Positions 33,969 through 45,272 are shown, counted from the first letter of the stretch. The stretch: 64,000 bases of DNA from an uncultured Acidobacteriota bacterium (GCA_963827655.1 CAWHCF010000010.1:128001-192000); one strand, 5' to 3'. Numbers and translations are program-made. Notes: generated from the letters alone by a model not told the origin.

Positions 33969-35072
33969 TCAAGGTCTGATGACTCGGTAGAAACGGCCCA
34001 GCTCATCCACTTTTTCCCAGCTTTTGTGCAGGCTCCCCCAGGCGAACACCAAGACTCCGGTCGCCGGCGGGCGTGTCCCGTGATCGAGAACTTCGCTTAC
34101 TTGCGTTACCGGAACTGGTTCGCCCCAGTCGGAGAGCTGCACTATGGGCCAGATCTTGGACCGCTCGTTTTCCTTCCCCGAGATTCCAAGATAGCGGCCC
34201 AGCCACGACGTCTGGCGCGAAATCCACTCGGGATCCCCAGCGTGGCCAAAACGCGCATGATAGGGCATAGGACTGAAAACGTCGACATACTTCGCCTGGG
34301 CTTTCAAGTCGATTGCCAGCTTGTTTATTCTGGCCCCATCGAAATCCTCATCCGACCAGGGACAGTGAAAAGTTCCGAGCAACGCGCCAGGCCGCGTCTG
34401 GTTCACAATCATCCGGAACTCTCGCACCCAGTCGGTAAACAGATCGCAGCGCCACCGAACCCAGGTCTGTTTCAAGCTGGATAGCAGGAGCTTCGAGAGT
34501 TCCGCCACAGGACGATCAGGCAGCGAGGTTCCGGTATCTTGCTTGAACCGCGCGATGCAGCGCTGGCAGAAACAGGTATCGGGCAGGTTCGGAACCGCCT
34601 GCTCCCAGCTGGAATGACCGTGATGATAGTCGAGCCAGATTCCATCGATGGCAAATTTTTCGAGCGTGCCGCGGAAGGCATCCATGCGATGTTTTCGATA
34701 CCCCGGATGACTCGGGCAGATCCCCTGCCAGCCATTGGGCGGTGGCGAGATTTCGCCGCCAGTCCCAACCGGAGCTGCGTCGCGATTCTCCTTGAGATAG
34801 CCGGCCTCGTGCATGGTATTAAACTCGGCAAACACGAGCGCTCCCTGGCTCTTGAGCAGCTCGAGCCGGTCCTGCGTCAGGCTCCCTGAACCGATCCAGA
34901 CGGCATTCACGCCATAGTCGCTCAGGCTGTGGCCGCGATCGAACAACTGGCCGGGCACGCCTCCGTAGATGCCTCTAATGTTGACATGCGGACGCTTCTC
35001 CTGTCCGGCGATCAGGATTGCGCCGGCTAGGACCAGCCCTGCTGCAAGGACAACCCGGTTTTTATGGATCAT
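33969..35072 (-). CDS. Secreted glycoside-hydrolase-like TIM-barrel protein (GHL10/GH42-like)
   Basis: Signal peptide; ICPSHPGYR, IDGIWLDY, CFCQRCIARF, WVRWRC, VDVFSPMPYH. Confidence 0.65.
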   Translation of the reverse strand: MIHKNRVVLAAGLVLAGAILIAGQEKRPHVNIRGIYGGVPGQLFDRGHSLSDYGVNAVWIGSGSLTQDRLELLKSQGALVFAEFNTMHEAGYLKENRDAAPVGTGGEISPPPNGWQGICPSHPGYRKHRMDAFRGTLEKFAIDGIWLDYHHGHSSWEQAVPNLPDTCFCQRCIARFKQDTGTSLPDRPVAELSKLLLSSLKQTWVRWRCDLFTDWVREFRMIVNQTRPGALLGTFHCPWSDEDFDGARINKLAIDLKAQAKYVDVFSPMPYHARFGHAGDPEWISRQTSWLGRYLGISGKENERSKIWPIVQLSDWGEPVPVTQVSEVLDHGTRPPATGVLVFAWGSLHKSWEKVDELGRFYRVIRP

Positions 35073-35210
35073 GCTTTTCGTTGGATCTTCCCACTAATAA
35101 CACAGATCCTTTCTTTTTGTTGAACGCTTTTCGGCGGGGGCATGCATTTCTCTTCCATCACGACCCTCGGGTGTGACTCGAGCTACGTCGCCGGCTTCGT
35201 CTTCCTCTGT

Positions 35211-35414
35211 TTCTAGAATTATTATGGGTAACTTTTACCTAGAAGAATTAGTAGGACCGGTGAATTTGTTGAAAACCGGACTAAACCGTGCCGGCTCATG
35301 GCAATACCAACTGAAGAAACTCCGGGAGAGCCTGTGAAAAAGCCGGCTCCGCCTGTGGAACGCCCGGCGCGGGTAGAAATTCACAAGACATGCAATGACC
35401 CGATGTGTGGACAA
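35211..35414. promoter_or_regulatory. oriC: oriC, dnaA-downstream part: DnaA boxes, DnaA-trios and an AT-rich unwinding element
   Basis: Minus strand TTTTCAACA-AATTCACC-GGTC-CTACTAATTCTTCTAG (35275-35239); further boxes TGTGAAAAA, TGTGGAACG and TGTGGACAA. Confidence 0.85.
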
Positions 35415-35425
35415 AGGACTGAAGG

Positions 35426-36745
35426 CTAGCTGAATGAATTAATTATCTTGTTAACGGCAGAGTGGATCTCGGGGTCTTTCTTCTTCAGGTATTCGATTCT
35501 GCGGATTGAATGAAGCACGGTCGTGTGGTGCTTTCCGCCGAAGTCCTTGCCGATCTGGGGCAGAGACAACGCGGTGACCTGCTTGCACACATACATCGCA
35601 ATCTGGCGAGGCTGCGCAATACGGCGGGAGTTGTTCCTGGATTTCAGCACAGCCGGTTTGAGGCCGAAATGGTTGGATACCGAGCGGATGACCATTTCGG
35701 ACGAGATCGCGCGTTTTTCGTCGATGACGATCCCTCGGAGGACTTCGCGCGCATAGTCGATGTCGATATCGGTCGAGTCGATTCCGTCAAGGGAAGCCCG
35801 AGCGATGAGACGCTTGAGCGCACCCTCCAGTTCACGGATGTTCGAGCGGATGCTGCTCGCAATATAGACAGCTACGCCATCCGGGAGAGAAAGCAATTCC
35901 AGGTCAGCCTTCTTTTTCAGAATGGCGATTTTGGTTTCCAGATCGGGAGGCTGAATGTCAGCAATCAGTCCCCATTCGAATCGTGAGTGCAGCCGCTCCT
36001 CGAGAGTTGGAATCTCTTTGGGAGGGCAATCGCTCGTGATTACGATCTGCTTCTGCGCGTCATAAAGAGCATTGAAGGTGTGGAAGAACTCTTCCTGGGT
36101 TCTTTCCTTGCCGGCAATGAACTGAATGTCATCCATGAGCAGCACGTCGATGTTGCGGTATTTCTGACGGAACTGGTTGGTCCGGTCGTATCGAATGGAA
36201 TTAACCAGCTCGTTCATGAAGCTCTCTGACGACATGTAGCTCAGGCGCAGGGCACCATTCTTCTGCCAGATGGAGTGACCTATGGCGTGCATCAGGTGAG
36301 TCTTCCCCAGACCCACTCCGCCATAAACGTATAATGGGTTATAAGCCTTCGAGGGTTGGTCTGCCACTGCGAGAGCCGCGGCCCGCGCGAATTGATTGCT
36401 GGAGCCGACTACGAACGAATTAAACGTGTACTTAGGGTTCAACCCGCGGGGCGGAATCGTCGGCCGCTGCGGGTTCGACAGGGGTTCGCGGGATTCTCCA
36501 CCGCCCGATGCTGGTTCGACCGAGACTTTGACCTGCAGCGTTCCATGTCCTGCCTCACGAACGGCGTCGCGCAAGACATTGGAGTAGTTCTCGAGGAACA
36601 GTTTCTTGAAATTTTCGTTTGGAACCGTGAGGTGAACGGCGCTCTCATCACAACCGTCAAAGACAACAGGGCGAAACCAGGTGTCAAAGCATTGCTGGTT
36701 GACGCGCTTTCCAACCTTTGACAAAACCTGAGCCCACACATCCAT
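35426..36745 (-). CDS. dnaA: Chromosomal replication initiator DnaA
   Basis: LNPKYTF, YGGVGLGKTHL, DDIQF, QEEFFHTFN, NIRELEG, PRQIAMY, GGKHHTTV; start MDVWAQVL at 36745. Confidence 0.98.
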   Translation of the reverse strand: MDVWAQVLSKVGKRVNQQCFDTWFRPVVFDGCDESAVHLTVPNENFKKLFLENYSNVLRDAVREAGHGTLQVKVSVEPASGGGESREPLSNPQRPTIPPRGLNPKYTFNSFVVGSSNQFARAAALAVADQPSKAYNPLYVYGGVGLGKTHLMHAIGHSIWQKNGALRLSYMSSESFMNELVNSIRYDRTNQFRQKYRNIDVLLMDDIQFIAGKERTQEEFFHTFNALYDAQKQIVITSDCPPKEIPTLEERLHSRFEWGLIADIQPPDLETKIAILKKKADLELLSLPDGVAVYIASSIRSNIRELEGALKRLIARASLDGIDSTDIDIDYAREVLRGIVIDEKRAISSEMVIRSVSNHFGLKPAVLKSRNNSRRIAQPRQIAMYVCKQVTALSLPQIGKDFGGKHHTTVLHSIRRIEYLKKKDPEIHSAVNKIINSFS

Positions 36746-36821
36746 TATCGGCCCCATGCTCAGGAACAAGTGGTTGAGGGGAAGAAAGATAGAACGACAG
36801 GTTGCGAGCGACTTGCTTGAG

Positions 36822-36998
36822 TTTTCCACAGTTATTTTCACAGCTGTGGAAAACACCAATCCGCTGAACAGCGGCATACCGCTGCTCCCTCGATCGTCTC
36901 AAGATCGGCGGATATCGTTTTGCGGACCGTCGTAAGGCGCGAAGCATTCAACTCAACAACGCGCGTGAAAGTAACACAGGGTTTTTACACATTTCAAG
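36822..36998. promoter_or_regulatory. DnaA boxes and dnaA promoter region (upstream part of the origin)
   Basis: TTTTCCACA (36822), TTTTCACA, TGTGGAAAA (36845), TTTTACACA (~36983) inside a TTGAAA..TGTTACTTT promoter-like element on the minus strand. Confidence 0.75.
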
Positions 36999-37318
36999 AA
37001 AAAAAGTGAAAAAAGTTTTAAGATGCGCGATGCTTTGAAAGCCAGCGCCCCATGCGGGTTTCAGCCGATCATCGCTCTGAACCCACCGCCGTTATTGGGC
37101 AAAAACGCTTAGCAAAAAAATCATAAAAAATTCTTGGTTCGGGGAAGGAGCCTAGTCTTCGGCATCTGGTGTCACGGAGGTTTCCGATCGGCACGGGAGC
37201 AACACACTCTTGATCTCCTGACGGCGGCAAGATTCCGGGTGTTTCCACTGGACTTCAACTATCCTGCACCAGGCAGTAAGCAAACCACTATCTATTCTAT
37301 GTCAGAAAGATACGCGCT

Positions 37319-37535
37319 ATGGTCGGTCGCTGGCGCACTACCGGTCCTGGAAAAGATCGGCGCGGGGGCATGGGGTCGTCTACGGGCGCGTGACACTCGC
37401 TCGACCACGCGGCCCGCGCGGGGGACGACCGGGAAGGTTGGCTGCGCCTGGATCCGCATCTGGCGAGCATCCGGAATCACCCTCGGTTCCAGCAGATGCT
37501 GGCCTCCATGGAGTACAGCGCCAGCCTCGAGAGCC
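37319..37535 (+). pseudogene. Internally deleted Ser/Thr kinase-TPR gene remnant
   Basis: With small indels reads MVG..LAHYRVLEKIGAGGMGVVYRARDTRLD, then directly WLRLDPHLASIRNHPRFQQMLAS, the typical C-terminal tail of such proteins. Confidence 0.6.
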
Positions 37536-37559
37536 GCGAGCTTCCCGATCGTCCTTGGT

Positions 37560-37700
37560 GAGCGTGTGGGTCGCCGCGAGCTTCATGATCCGGCTGTTGA
37601 TGATGTCGGAGAAGGAGACGTTGCCCGCGGCATCGACCGCCAGGTCTTCGGTGAACGCGATCAGCGTGGCTGCGACGGGCTTCTCGGCCCCGTGGTCCAA
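37560..37700 (-). pseudogene. NHL-repeat protein fragment
   Basis: PVAATLIAFTEDLAVDAAGNVSFSDIINSRIMKL resembles one NHL repeat. Confidence 0.45.
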
Positions 37701-37704
37701 AGAC

Positions 37705-38194
37705 TCAAGGAGGGGAAAAATAGGGAAGGAGGCGCTGGTAGGTCTTCGGCAGATCTTCAGGCAAAACACGGGTTTCCGCGATCACCGACAGAAAGTTGGA
37801 ATCGCCGGCCCAGCGAGGCAGGACATGCATATGAAGATGGTGGGCGACGCCGGCCCCCGCCGCGCGGCCCAGATTGAATCCAAGGTTATAGCCGTCGGGC
37901 TTGTACTCTGACTCGAGCGCTTTCTCGCATCGCTGAGCAAGGTCGGCGAACTCGTGACAGCTCCTCGCTGCTGGCCTCCCGCAGGAAGGGTATGTGTCGA
38001 TTCGCGACGATCAGAATGTGGCCCGAGCAGTATGGAAAGAGGTTCAAGACGACGAACGAACTCGTGCCGCGGTGAAGCACGAAGTTAGCTTCGTCCCGGT
38101 CTTCCGACAGAATGCCGCAGAACACACAGGCATTCCCGGATCGATCGAGGTTGCTGACGTAATCGAAGCGCCACGGCGTCCAGAGACGATCCAT
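37705..38194 (-). CDS. HIT family hydrolase (Ap4A phosphorylase-like; +1 indel near 37956)
   Basis: LWTPWR, CVFC, NLFPY.SGH. After the indel: GYNLGFNLGRAAGAGVAHHLHMHVLPRW.GD. Confidence 0.9.
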
Positions 38195-38470
38195 TTACAA
38201 ATTGATGAGATCCTTGATTTCCTTGCCGGGTTTGAAATAGGGGACCTTCTTGGCGGGAACGCTGACTCCTGTGCCGGTCTTCGGATTGCGTCCCTGCCGG
38301 GAGGAGCGATGCCGAATTCGGAAGGATCCGAAGCCCCGGAGTTCGATCTTTTCACCCCGCTGAAGCGAGTCGGTAATGCTGTCCAGGACCGTTTGCACGA
38401 TGACCTCAGCGTCCTTCTTGGTCAAATCCGACTGGTTAGCGACTTCTTCTACCAATTCTGCTTTAGTCAT
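38195..38470 (-). CDS. ihfB: Integration host factor beta / HU family protein
   Basis: MTKAELVEEV, IELRGFGSF, RQGRNPKTG, VPYFKPGKE. Confidence 0.88.
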   Translation of the reverse strand: MTKAELVEEVANQSDLTKKDAEVIVQTVLDSITDSLQRGEKIELRGFGSFRIRHRSSRQGRNPKTGTGVSVPAKKVPYFKPGKEIKDLINL

Positions 38471-38475
38471 GACGT

Positions 38476-39384
38476 TCATCTCCAAAGGTATGCGAAGCGG
38501 ATTTGAGACTCCGAGCGATCAGGATTCAGGGCGACGACGCTGCGGGAATCTCCGAATAAGAGGTCGATCAGAGAAATCTTTTTCTTCGGCGGCGAGACCA
38601 GTCTGGGTTCCCCCGAGATCCCAACCATTCTGGTGGCTGCGGCAAGTGCGTCTTGAAAGGTTCCTATCTCATCAATAAGACCGTTTCCCATGGCTTCCTG
38701 GCCGGTGAAGACCCTGCCGTCGGCCAGTTTGCGGACGTTCTCGAGGTTCATTTTGCGCCCCGTCGAGACCGCCGTGACGAATTGGTCGTACATGTTATTG
38801 ATCAGGCCCTGGAAGTACGCCTTCTCGGCGTCGGTGAGCGGGCGCGTTGGAGAACCCGCGTCTTTCAGCTCTCCGCTCTTGATCACGACGCTCTGCATTT
38901 TTGCCCATTTCAGCAGGTCACCGTAGTTGTACCATTCAGCGATGACGCCGATACTTCCGGTGATGCTGCCAGGGTTGGCGAAGATCTTGTCTGCGGCGCA
39001 GGCTATGTAGTAACCGCCGGAGGCCGCTACCGATGACATGCTGACCACGACTTTCTTCCTGGTTTCGGCCCGGAACTTCTTCACGGCTTCGTAGATTTCC
39101 TGCGACGCAGCAACGCCTCCACCAGGACTGTTGATCCGCAGCACGACGGCCTTGATACCTGGACGACTTCCGTATTCTTTCAACTGATCGTTGAAGTCTC
39201 TTGAATCGAAGATTATACCTTCGAGATCGAGTACCGCAATCTGGCCGGACGAAAGCGAAAAGGAGGGGGAAGACGAGCCGCCCGAAAAAATCAGGGCGAC
39301 GGCAATGAGCGAGAGGGTAAAGAAGAGAAGAGCGCCGCCCCCCAGCACCAACCATAATAGAAAGTTCGACCTGTTTGCCGGCAT
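38476..39384 (-). CDS. sppA: Signal peptide peptidase SppA (short form)
   Basis: N-terminal TM; LRINSPGG, AASGGYY, TGSIGV, ADGRVFTG. Confidence 0.95.
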   Translation of the reverse strand: MPANRSNFLLWLVLGGGALLFFTLSLIAVALIFSGGSSSPSFSLSSGQIAVLDLEGIIFDSRDFNDQLKEYGSRPGIKAVVLRINSPGGGVAASQEIYEAVKKFRAETRKKVVVSMSSVAASGGYYIACAADKIFANPGSITGSIGVIAEWYNYGDLLKWAKMQSVVIKSGELKDAGSPTRPLTDAEKAYFQGLINNMYDQFVTAVSTGRKMNLENVRKLADGRVFTGQEAMGNGLIDEIGTFQDALAAATRMVGISGEPRLVSPPKKKISLIDLLFGDSRSVVALNPDRSESQIRFAYLWR

Positions 39385-39435
39385 AGCTCTGACCTAACTG
39401 GACACGGGACGTTATCCCTCGGCATCCGCCGAACC

Positions 39436-39465
39436 GCGGACCGTTAACTCATGAGCACGGTCCGC
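39436..39465. terminator. Hairpin between rpsA and sppA
   Basis: GCGGACCGT-N12-ACGGTCCGC perfect 9-bp stem; no clear U-tract. Confidence 0.35.
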
Positions 39466-39574
39466 AGTCGTCCTTGGTTCTGAGTCGCAAGACGGGGGAC
39501 AAGATTCTTGTATGAAGTCGGCGATAGGCCCCTGTTCAGGGATACTCTCGGAGCGTCACCGATTCGTGAACCGG

Positions 39575-41369
39575 TTACTCCGGCTCTCCTTTCTTGAGGC
39601 GTGAGATCTCCCGAAGCTGGTCGCCGAGGCGCTCGCCCATCGAGGTGCTGCCTGAATCTGCCGAGGCCATGTACGAGGTGAATTCCAGCCTTGGTTCGTC
39701 TTCCTTCATCGCTTTGAGGCTGAGTCCAATCTTCTTTTCCGGGAGGTTCAGCTTGATGATCTTCATATCCACCTCCTGGCCTATGTTAAGGAACTCCGCC
39801 GGCTTCTCCACGTGTTTCTCGTCCAGCTCGGACACGTGGCACAGTCCTTCGATCCCTTCCTCGAGCTCGACGAATGCGCCGAAGTTTGTCATGCGCACAA
39901 CTCTTCCTTTAATCACGTCGCCCGGGTTGTGCCGGTTAAACCAGTCTTCCCATCGATCAGGCTCGAGCTGTTTGATTCCCAATGAGAGTTTCTGATTCGG
40001 GGCATCCACACTCAACACCACCGCCTGCACCTCGTCCCCTTTCTTCAGCATTTCCGAGGGGTGTTTGATCCGCTTGGTCCAGGACATGTCCGAAACATGC
40101 ACCAGGCCGTCGATACCCTCCTCTACTTCGATGAAGACCCCGAAATCAGTAACGTTTCGCACTTTGCCTGTTATCACGGTACCGGGTGCGATACTTCGAC
40201 TCGATGATGTCCCATGGATTTGGTTCGGTCTGCTTCAGGCCGAGCGAGATTCGGCGGGCTTCGGTATCGATGTCGAGCACCACGACTTCAACCGGGCTGC
40301 CGACAGAAACGATCTTTGACGGGTGTTTCACCCTCTTGTTCCACGTCATCTCGGAGATGTGAATCAATCCCTCGATGCCGGGTTCCAGTTCGACGAAGGC
40401 TCCGTAGTCGGTCAGGCTCACGACTTTGCCCTGAACCCGGATGTTCTTGGGATAGCGCATGTCGGCGTGAAGCCACGGATCTTCCGTAAGCTGCTTGTAG
40501 CCCAGGGAGACGCGGCCATCCTCGCGGTTGAACTTGATGACCTTGACTTTGACCTTATCCCCGACCGCGAAGATCTCTGATGGATGATTGACTCGTCCCC
40601 AGGACATATCCGTTATATGGAGCAAGCCATCGACGCCCCCCAGGTCAATGAACGCGCCGTAGTCGGTTATGTTCTTGACAATCCCTTCCATGACCTTCCC
40701 GTCTTCCAGGACCTCCATGGTCTTGGCTTTCTCTTCCTGCATCGCCTCTTCAAGGACTGCCTTCCGGGACAGAACGATGTTACCGCGCTTCTTGTTTACC
40801 TTGATGACGCGCATCTCGAACTCTTCGCCGCGGAGGCTATCGAGATTCCGTACCGGGCGCAGATCAATTTGGGATCCCGGGAGAAAAGCCCGCACGCCGA
40901 TGTCGACAGCCAACCCGCCCTTGATCCGTTCAATGACTCGTCCTTTCACGACAGTTCCGTCGCGGTAGGCTTTCTCAATTTCGTCCCAGATCTTCATCCT
41001 CTCGGCTTTTTCGCGCGACAACACCACGTAGCCGCTGGAGTCTTCGGTCTGCTCGAGAAAAACATCGACCACATCGCCGACCTTGATCGAGTGGCGGCCG
41101 CGGTCATCCAGAAACTGCTCGAGCGGGATGATGCCTTCGGATTTGAAGCCGACATCGACAACGACCCCGCTGCCTGAGAAGGCGATGATCTTTCCTTTGA
41201 CTACCTCTCCCTCGGAAAAACGCTGGGTTCGTCCTTCATAGGCGGCCAGCAGAGTCTTGAAGTCGTTTTCGGCCTCCTGGTCGGCGGTGACGGGCGCATC
41301 GACGGGTTGCGTGTCGCCGGGCGAAGTCGCGCTCCCTGCCAGTTGCGGATTGTTTACATCAGATGCCAT
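39575..41369 (-). CDS. rpsA: 30S ribosomal protein S1 (+1 indel near 40190)
   Basis: Six S1 repeats (DYGAFIDLGGVDGLLHITDMSW and similar); removing one base gives SKYAPGTVITGKV and joins ORFs 40146-41414 and 39575-40177. Confidence 0.96.
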
Positions 41370-41558
41370 TCCTGCCTCCTGACGTCCCACGGACAGAAAC
41401 TTACGGCGTTCCAATCGCGGGATTCTTTGTATTCAATTAAGAATAAGCCTAATGCGTGATCGGACCTGAAGAGGAAATTACGTGCGGCGTCGCAGTATTC
41501 CAGTTGAAGCAAATCCAAAGGTCAACATTCCTTAGATCACTAGAAATAACAGCCCTTC

Positions 41559-41587
41559 TTTATACTCTTTGCCGAAAGCTTTGTCAA
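41559..41587 (-). promoter_or_regulatory. Near-consensus sigma70 promoter for rpsA
   Basis: TTGACA-N17-TATAAA on the minus strand. Confidence 0.75.
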
Positions 41588-41694
41588 GTTAAGTGAATGC
41601 GCGGTTTAGCGAAGCACCTTGCGCATGCTCTCCGGATGTGGCGCTGCGAAAGGAATACTACCAGGACGCAAAGACACCAAGAAGCGCGGGCCTG

Positions 41695-44600
41695 TCAATA
41701 AAGGGGCCCTGGGTCACCCTGGCAAATGAACGCTCCCCAGTAGAGCGGATCCGGATCCTCGTCCTTGAGCGCGAGTTGCGCATCGCGCAACGCATCGGCT
41801 CGCGGCTGGCCCGCCAGCATGCGGCGATAAAAGTCAGTCATGAGCTTTTGAGTCTGCTGGTCCGGTACTTTCCAGAGACTCATCACGAGGGTCTTGGCTC
41901 CCGCCAGCACGAAGGCTCTGCGCAATCCGAAGACGCCCTCGCCCGTCTTGATCTCGCCCAGCCCGGTCTCGCACGCCGACAGGGTGACGAGCTCGGTCGC
42001 CTGCAAATCCATTCCCGAAACATCCTCGGCGTTCAGGAGCGCGTCTTCGGCTTCGCCCGGCAGATCGCCGCGCTCGATCCATGTGTTTGCGCCGGCCAGC
42101 GCCAGGCCGGATCGCAGCAACGGACTCTCGATGCCCAGCGCGGCGAGACGATTGAATGCAAGACCGAATCCGGCCGCTCCGAGATCGCGCGCGCCTTGCG
42201 GGCGGCCGCCCGGCTGGTCAGACAGGAAGAATCCGTGGGTCGCGAGGTGGAGAATGCGCGGCGAACGACAGGATTTGACCCTGGACTCGAGCGCAATCGA
42301 ATCGAGCAGCGGCTTCACGCGCAGCATTTCGGCGATCCGTTCGCCTTCGATTCTGGTTCCCGGCAGACGTTTGAAATGGAGGTTCCCCCGATCGAGGTCG
42401 CGCGAAAGTCTCATGGGGGAGTCCTCGAGCGATCTGGTCGCGGCGCTCGCCGGCGCCGTCAAATCAAAATCGGGATCGGCGATGACCATGGGGTCGCCGG
42501 CCTGCCCCTTGACCGAGTTTCCGAATCGCATCACGTCGCGGCCCGTACTGAGATAACTGATGTGGTAATCGTCAATCAGCCGGCGTCCATCGCCAAGCTC
42601 CAGAACCTCGAACGGAAGGCGCGAGAGTTCGCCTTCGGGCGCGAGCAAAAGCTGCCGGCAATCGCCCAGCACCGGCAGAAGCGGGTCGAAGACGGCACGG
42701 CGCAGCGCGACGCCGCAATCCGATGTCGATTCGACCGGCGCTCGAGGCGGTGCCGCCCCAAGGTCTCTGCCGCTCCCGCCTCCGATCTCGCCGGTGAGCT
42801 GGGCGCGAAAACAGCCGACCAGGCGATCGATCTCATCGGCGTCGCCGAGGTTGATCATCCGCAGATCGTGCGGTCGTGAGGCAGGCAGCACAAAGGCGGC
42901 ATAGCGCGCCTTCACGAACAGCTCGTCCGCCAGGGCCTGCGGATTGTCGAAATCAAAATCGAAGAAATGGACGAACTCGATCAGGGCCGAGCCGGCCGGG
43001 AGAGCCGCGGCCACCTTCGTCAGATCGACCTCGCGCATCTTCTGTCCCAGCCCGACCTCGGGAATCTGGAGCGCCAGTTGCCGTTCCAAAGCTTCTCGGC
43101 GCGCCTTCAGCTCGCGCAGCGCCCGAAGGTGAACCTCGAGGCCGTCGCTCCCCGGACCTGAGAGCGTCATCTGCGAGATGCTTTGCCGCACCGAGGCCAG
43201 CTCGCGCAAGTGAGGTTCGAGGTGGGGATACTTTCCGCTGAGCACCGAATCGCGCTGGGCGGCCAGAGCCTCCGCGCCAATCCCTTTGCGCTTGAGCACG
43301 AGGTTCATCGCCGCCTGGACCGCCGGGGGGCTGCCGATCAGATGCTGCGAAACCAGGGAAATCGAGCAGAGGAACCTCGACTGGATGTGCCGGACATAAC
43401 CCATCCGCTGGCTTTCGGAGGCGAGCGAGAAGAATTCGTGAATGGATTGGTCCGTGATGGATTCAATCTGTACCATCAGCTCCCGGGCTTCTTCATAGCG
43501 CTTGGTCGCGGCGCACACAAGCAGCAGATTGCTGAGCACGGCGGCCCGCAGCGGATGCTCTTCTCCCACCAGCGCGCGATACGCCTCCGCCGCCTGGCGC
43601 AGTGCCATCTCGGCGATTTCGTAGTTGCCCAGCCGCAACAACAGCAGACCGAAACCGTTGAGGATGCTGGTGTGTTCGGGAACCGGACTCTCTTGCGCCA
43701 GGCCGATGGCCTGCTCGAAGAGCGCAAGAGCGTCATCGTACTTTTCGCGATGCGTGTATATGGTCGCCAGGTTGCCCAGGGCGGTGATGTAGTACGGTCC
43801 CCGTTCGCCCTCAACATCACGGAAGGCCGCCACGGCTCGTTTGGCGTAATGCTCGGCTTGCTCAAGCTCGAGGGTATCTATGTAGAGCTTCGCCAGGGCG
43901 TTCAAGGTTGTGGCTTTGTGCATGACCATGACGCCGGTCGCATCTTCCAGTATCTGGAGCGCCCCGAGGAAAGCCGTTTCGGCCGGCCGGTAGTCTCCAA
44001 CGTTGTGATAGAGATCTCCCAGATAGAAAAGATCCACTGCGTAGAGCCAGTGGTTTTCTCCCAGCTTCGAGCCGTGAATCCTCATCGCCTGCTGCGCGAG
44101 CGGGATCCCGGTCTTGTATTGGCCCAGGTTCCGGTAATGAATGGCCAGATTGTTAAGGCTGATCGCGAAGTCCTCGTGGTCTTCGCCGAGCACTTTGCGT
44201 CGAATCTCGATGGATTCGAACAGGCATTGTTCAGCAGACTTGAAAGCCCCGGTCCGCCCGTAGACAGTTGCCATGAGGTTGAGCGTCTGGGCATATTCCG
44301 CAGTCTCGACGCCCGCCGTTTCGCGCTGGAATTCCAGCACTCGCCTTAGAAGTTGCTCGGCTTCGTCGTACCTCCCAAGCGCCAGGGAGCTCGTGGCCAG
44401 AAGACTCAGGGTGTTGAAGTAAATGGGATGGTTCTCCCCCAGGACACGGCTTGCAAGCTCGCGCAATCGCTCCGCTCGCGGCCGGGCGTCAGCCATTTTG
44501 CCGACGTTCATCTGGAACCCGACAACGACATTCAGCAGCTCCACGTATTCGGCAGTCTCTTCCCCCCCGGCTCGCTGCTTGATCTCGAGTGTCCGTTCGA

Positions 44601-45211
44601 GCCATGGCAGCGCTTCGTGGTGTCTGCCCGCTTCCGCGTAATACCAGGCCAGCGTTTCGACCAGCTGGCCGTAAACCGGATGGTCTTCTCCGAGGTGTTT
44701 GCGGTTCGGTTCTACAGCCTGCAGAAGGAGGGGCTCCGCCTCTTCGTGGCGGCCCTGCTGCGAATAGATCAACCCGAGGGTAGCCAGATTATCGGCGTAT
44801 TGCGGGCTATCCTCGCCCAGCGCAGACGGAATCAACTCGCGCAGGGCTTCATACCACGGCAGGGCCGATTCCATTCTTCCCGTCTTCAGGTAGAGCATGG
44901 CCAGATTGGTCATGGCGGCAACGGACGAAGGATGCTGCTTGCCCGTGGTGTCGGTGTAGCAAGCGATCGCGCCCAGGTATAACTTCTCGGCATCCTCGTG
45001 GCTTCCCTGCGCCGCGTAAAGAAAGGCGAGGTTGTTCATGCTATCGCCGGTTGAAGAACCCTCCATCCCGAGGTTTTGAGAGGCCAAGGCGAATGCGAGC
45101 CTGGCGCGGGTCAGCGCTTCCTCGGTTTGCCCTTGCTGGATGAGTTCGATAACGGCTCTTGTTGAGAGTGTCAATGGTGTCGGGCGTGATCTCTGAATCC
45201 TCTTCCGGCAT
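41695..45211 (-). CDS. TPR-CHAT (caspase/separase-like) protease; probable true start 45211 with a +1 indel near 45157
   Basis: More than 10 kinesin-light-chain-type TPRs (LGEDHP...SLNNLA); CHAT motifs LPFEVL, LPGTRIE, ILHLATHGFF (His), LSACETG (Cys), AGAKTLVMSLWKV, YWGAF. AAAGGA RBS precedes ATG-PEEDSEITPDTIDTLNK. Confidence 0.93.
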
Positions 45212-45272
45212 TTTAAGGGGTCCTTTCTGGAAATGATCCCATCGCGTGATTGGTCGGAAGCGCGCCAGGCCG

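Noticed and set aside
37134-37877. 247-aa plus-strand ORF upstream of dnaA
   Set aside because: Mosaic of kinase debris and antisense HIT sequence, not a coherent protein.
39575-41369. rpsA (and holB) as pseudogenes or programmed frameshifts
   Set aside because: Essential genes, no slippery sequence at the breaks, and similar indels occur throughout the window.
41593-44982. Long plus-strand ORFs (428, 388 and 209 aa) opposite the CHAT gene
   Set aside because: Antisense shadows with no domain signatures.
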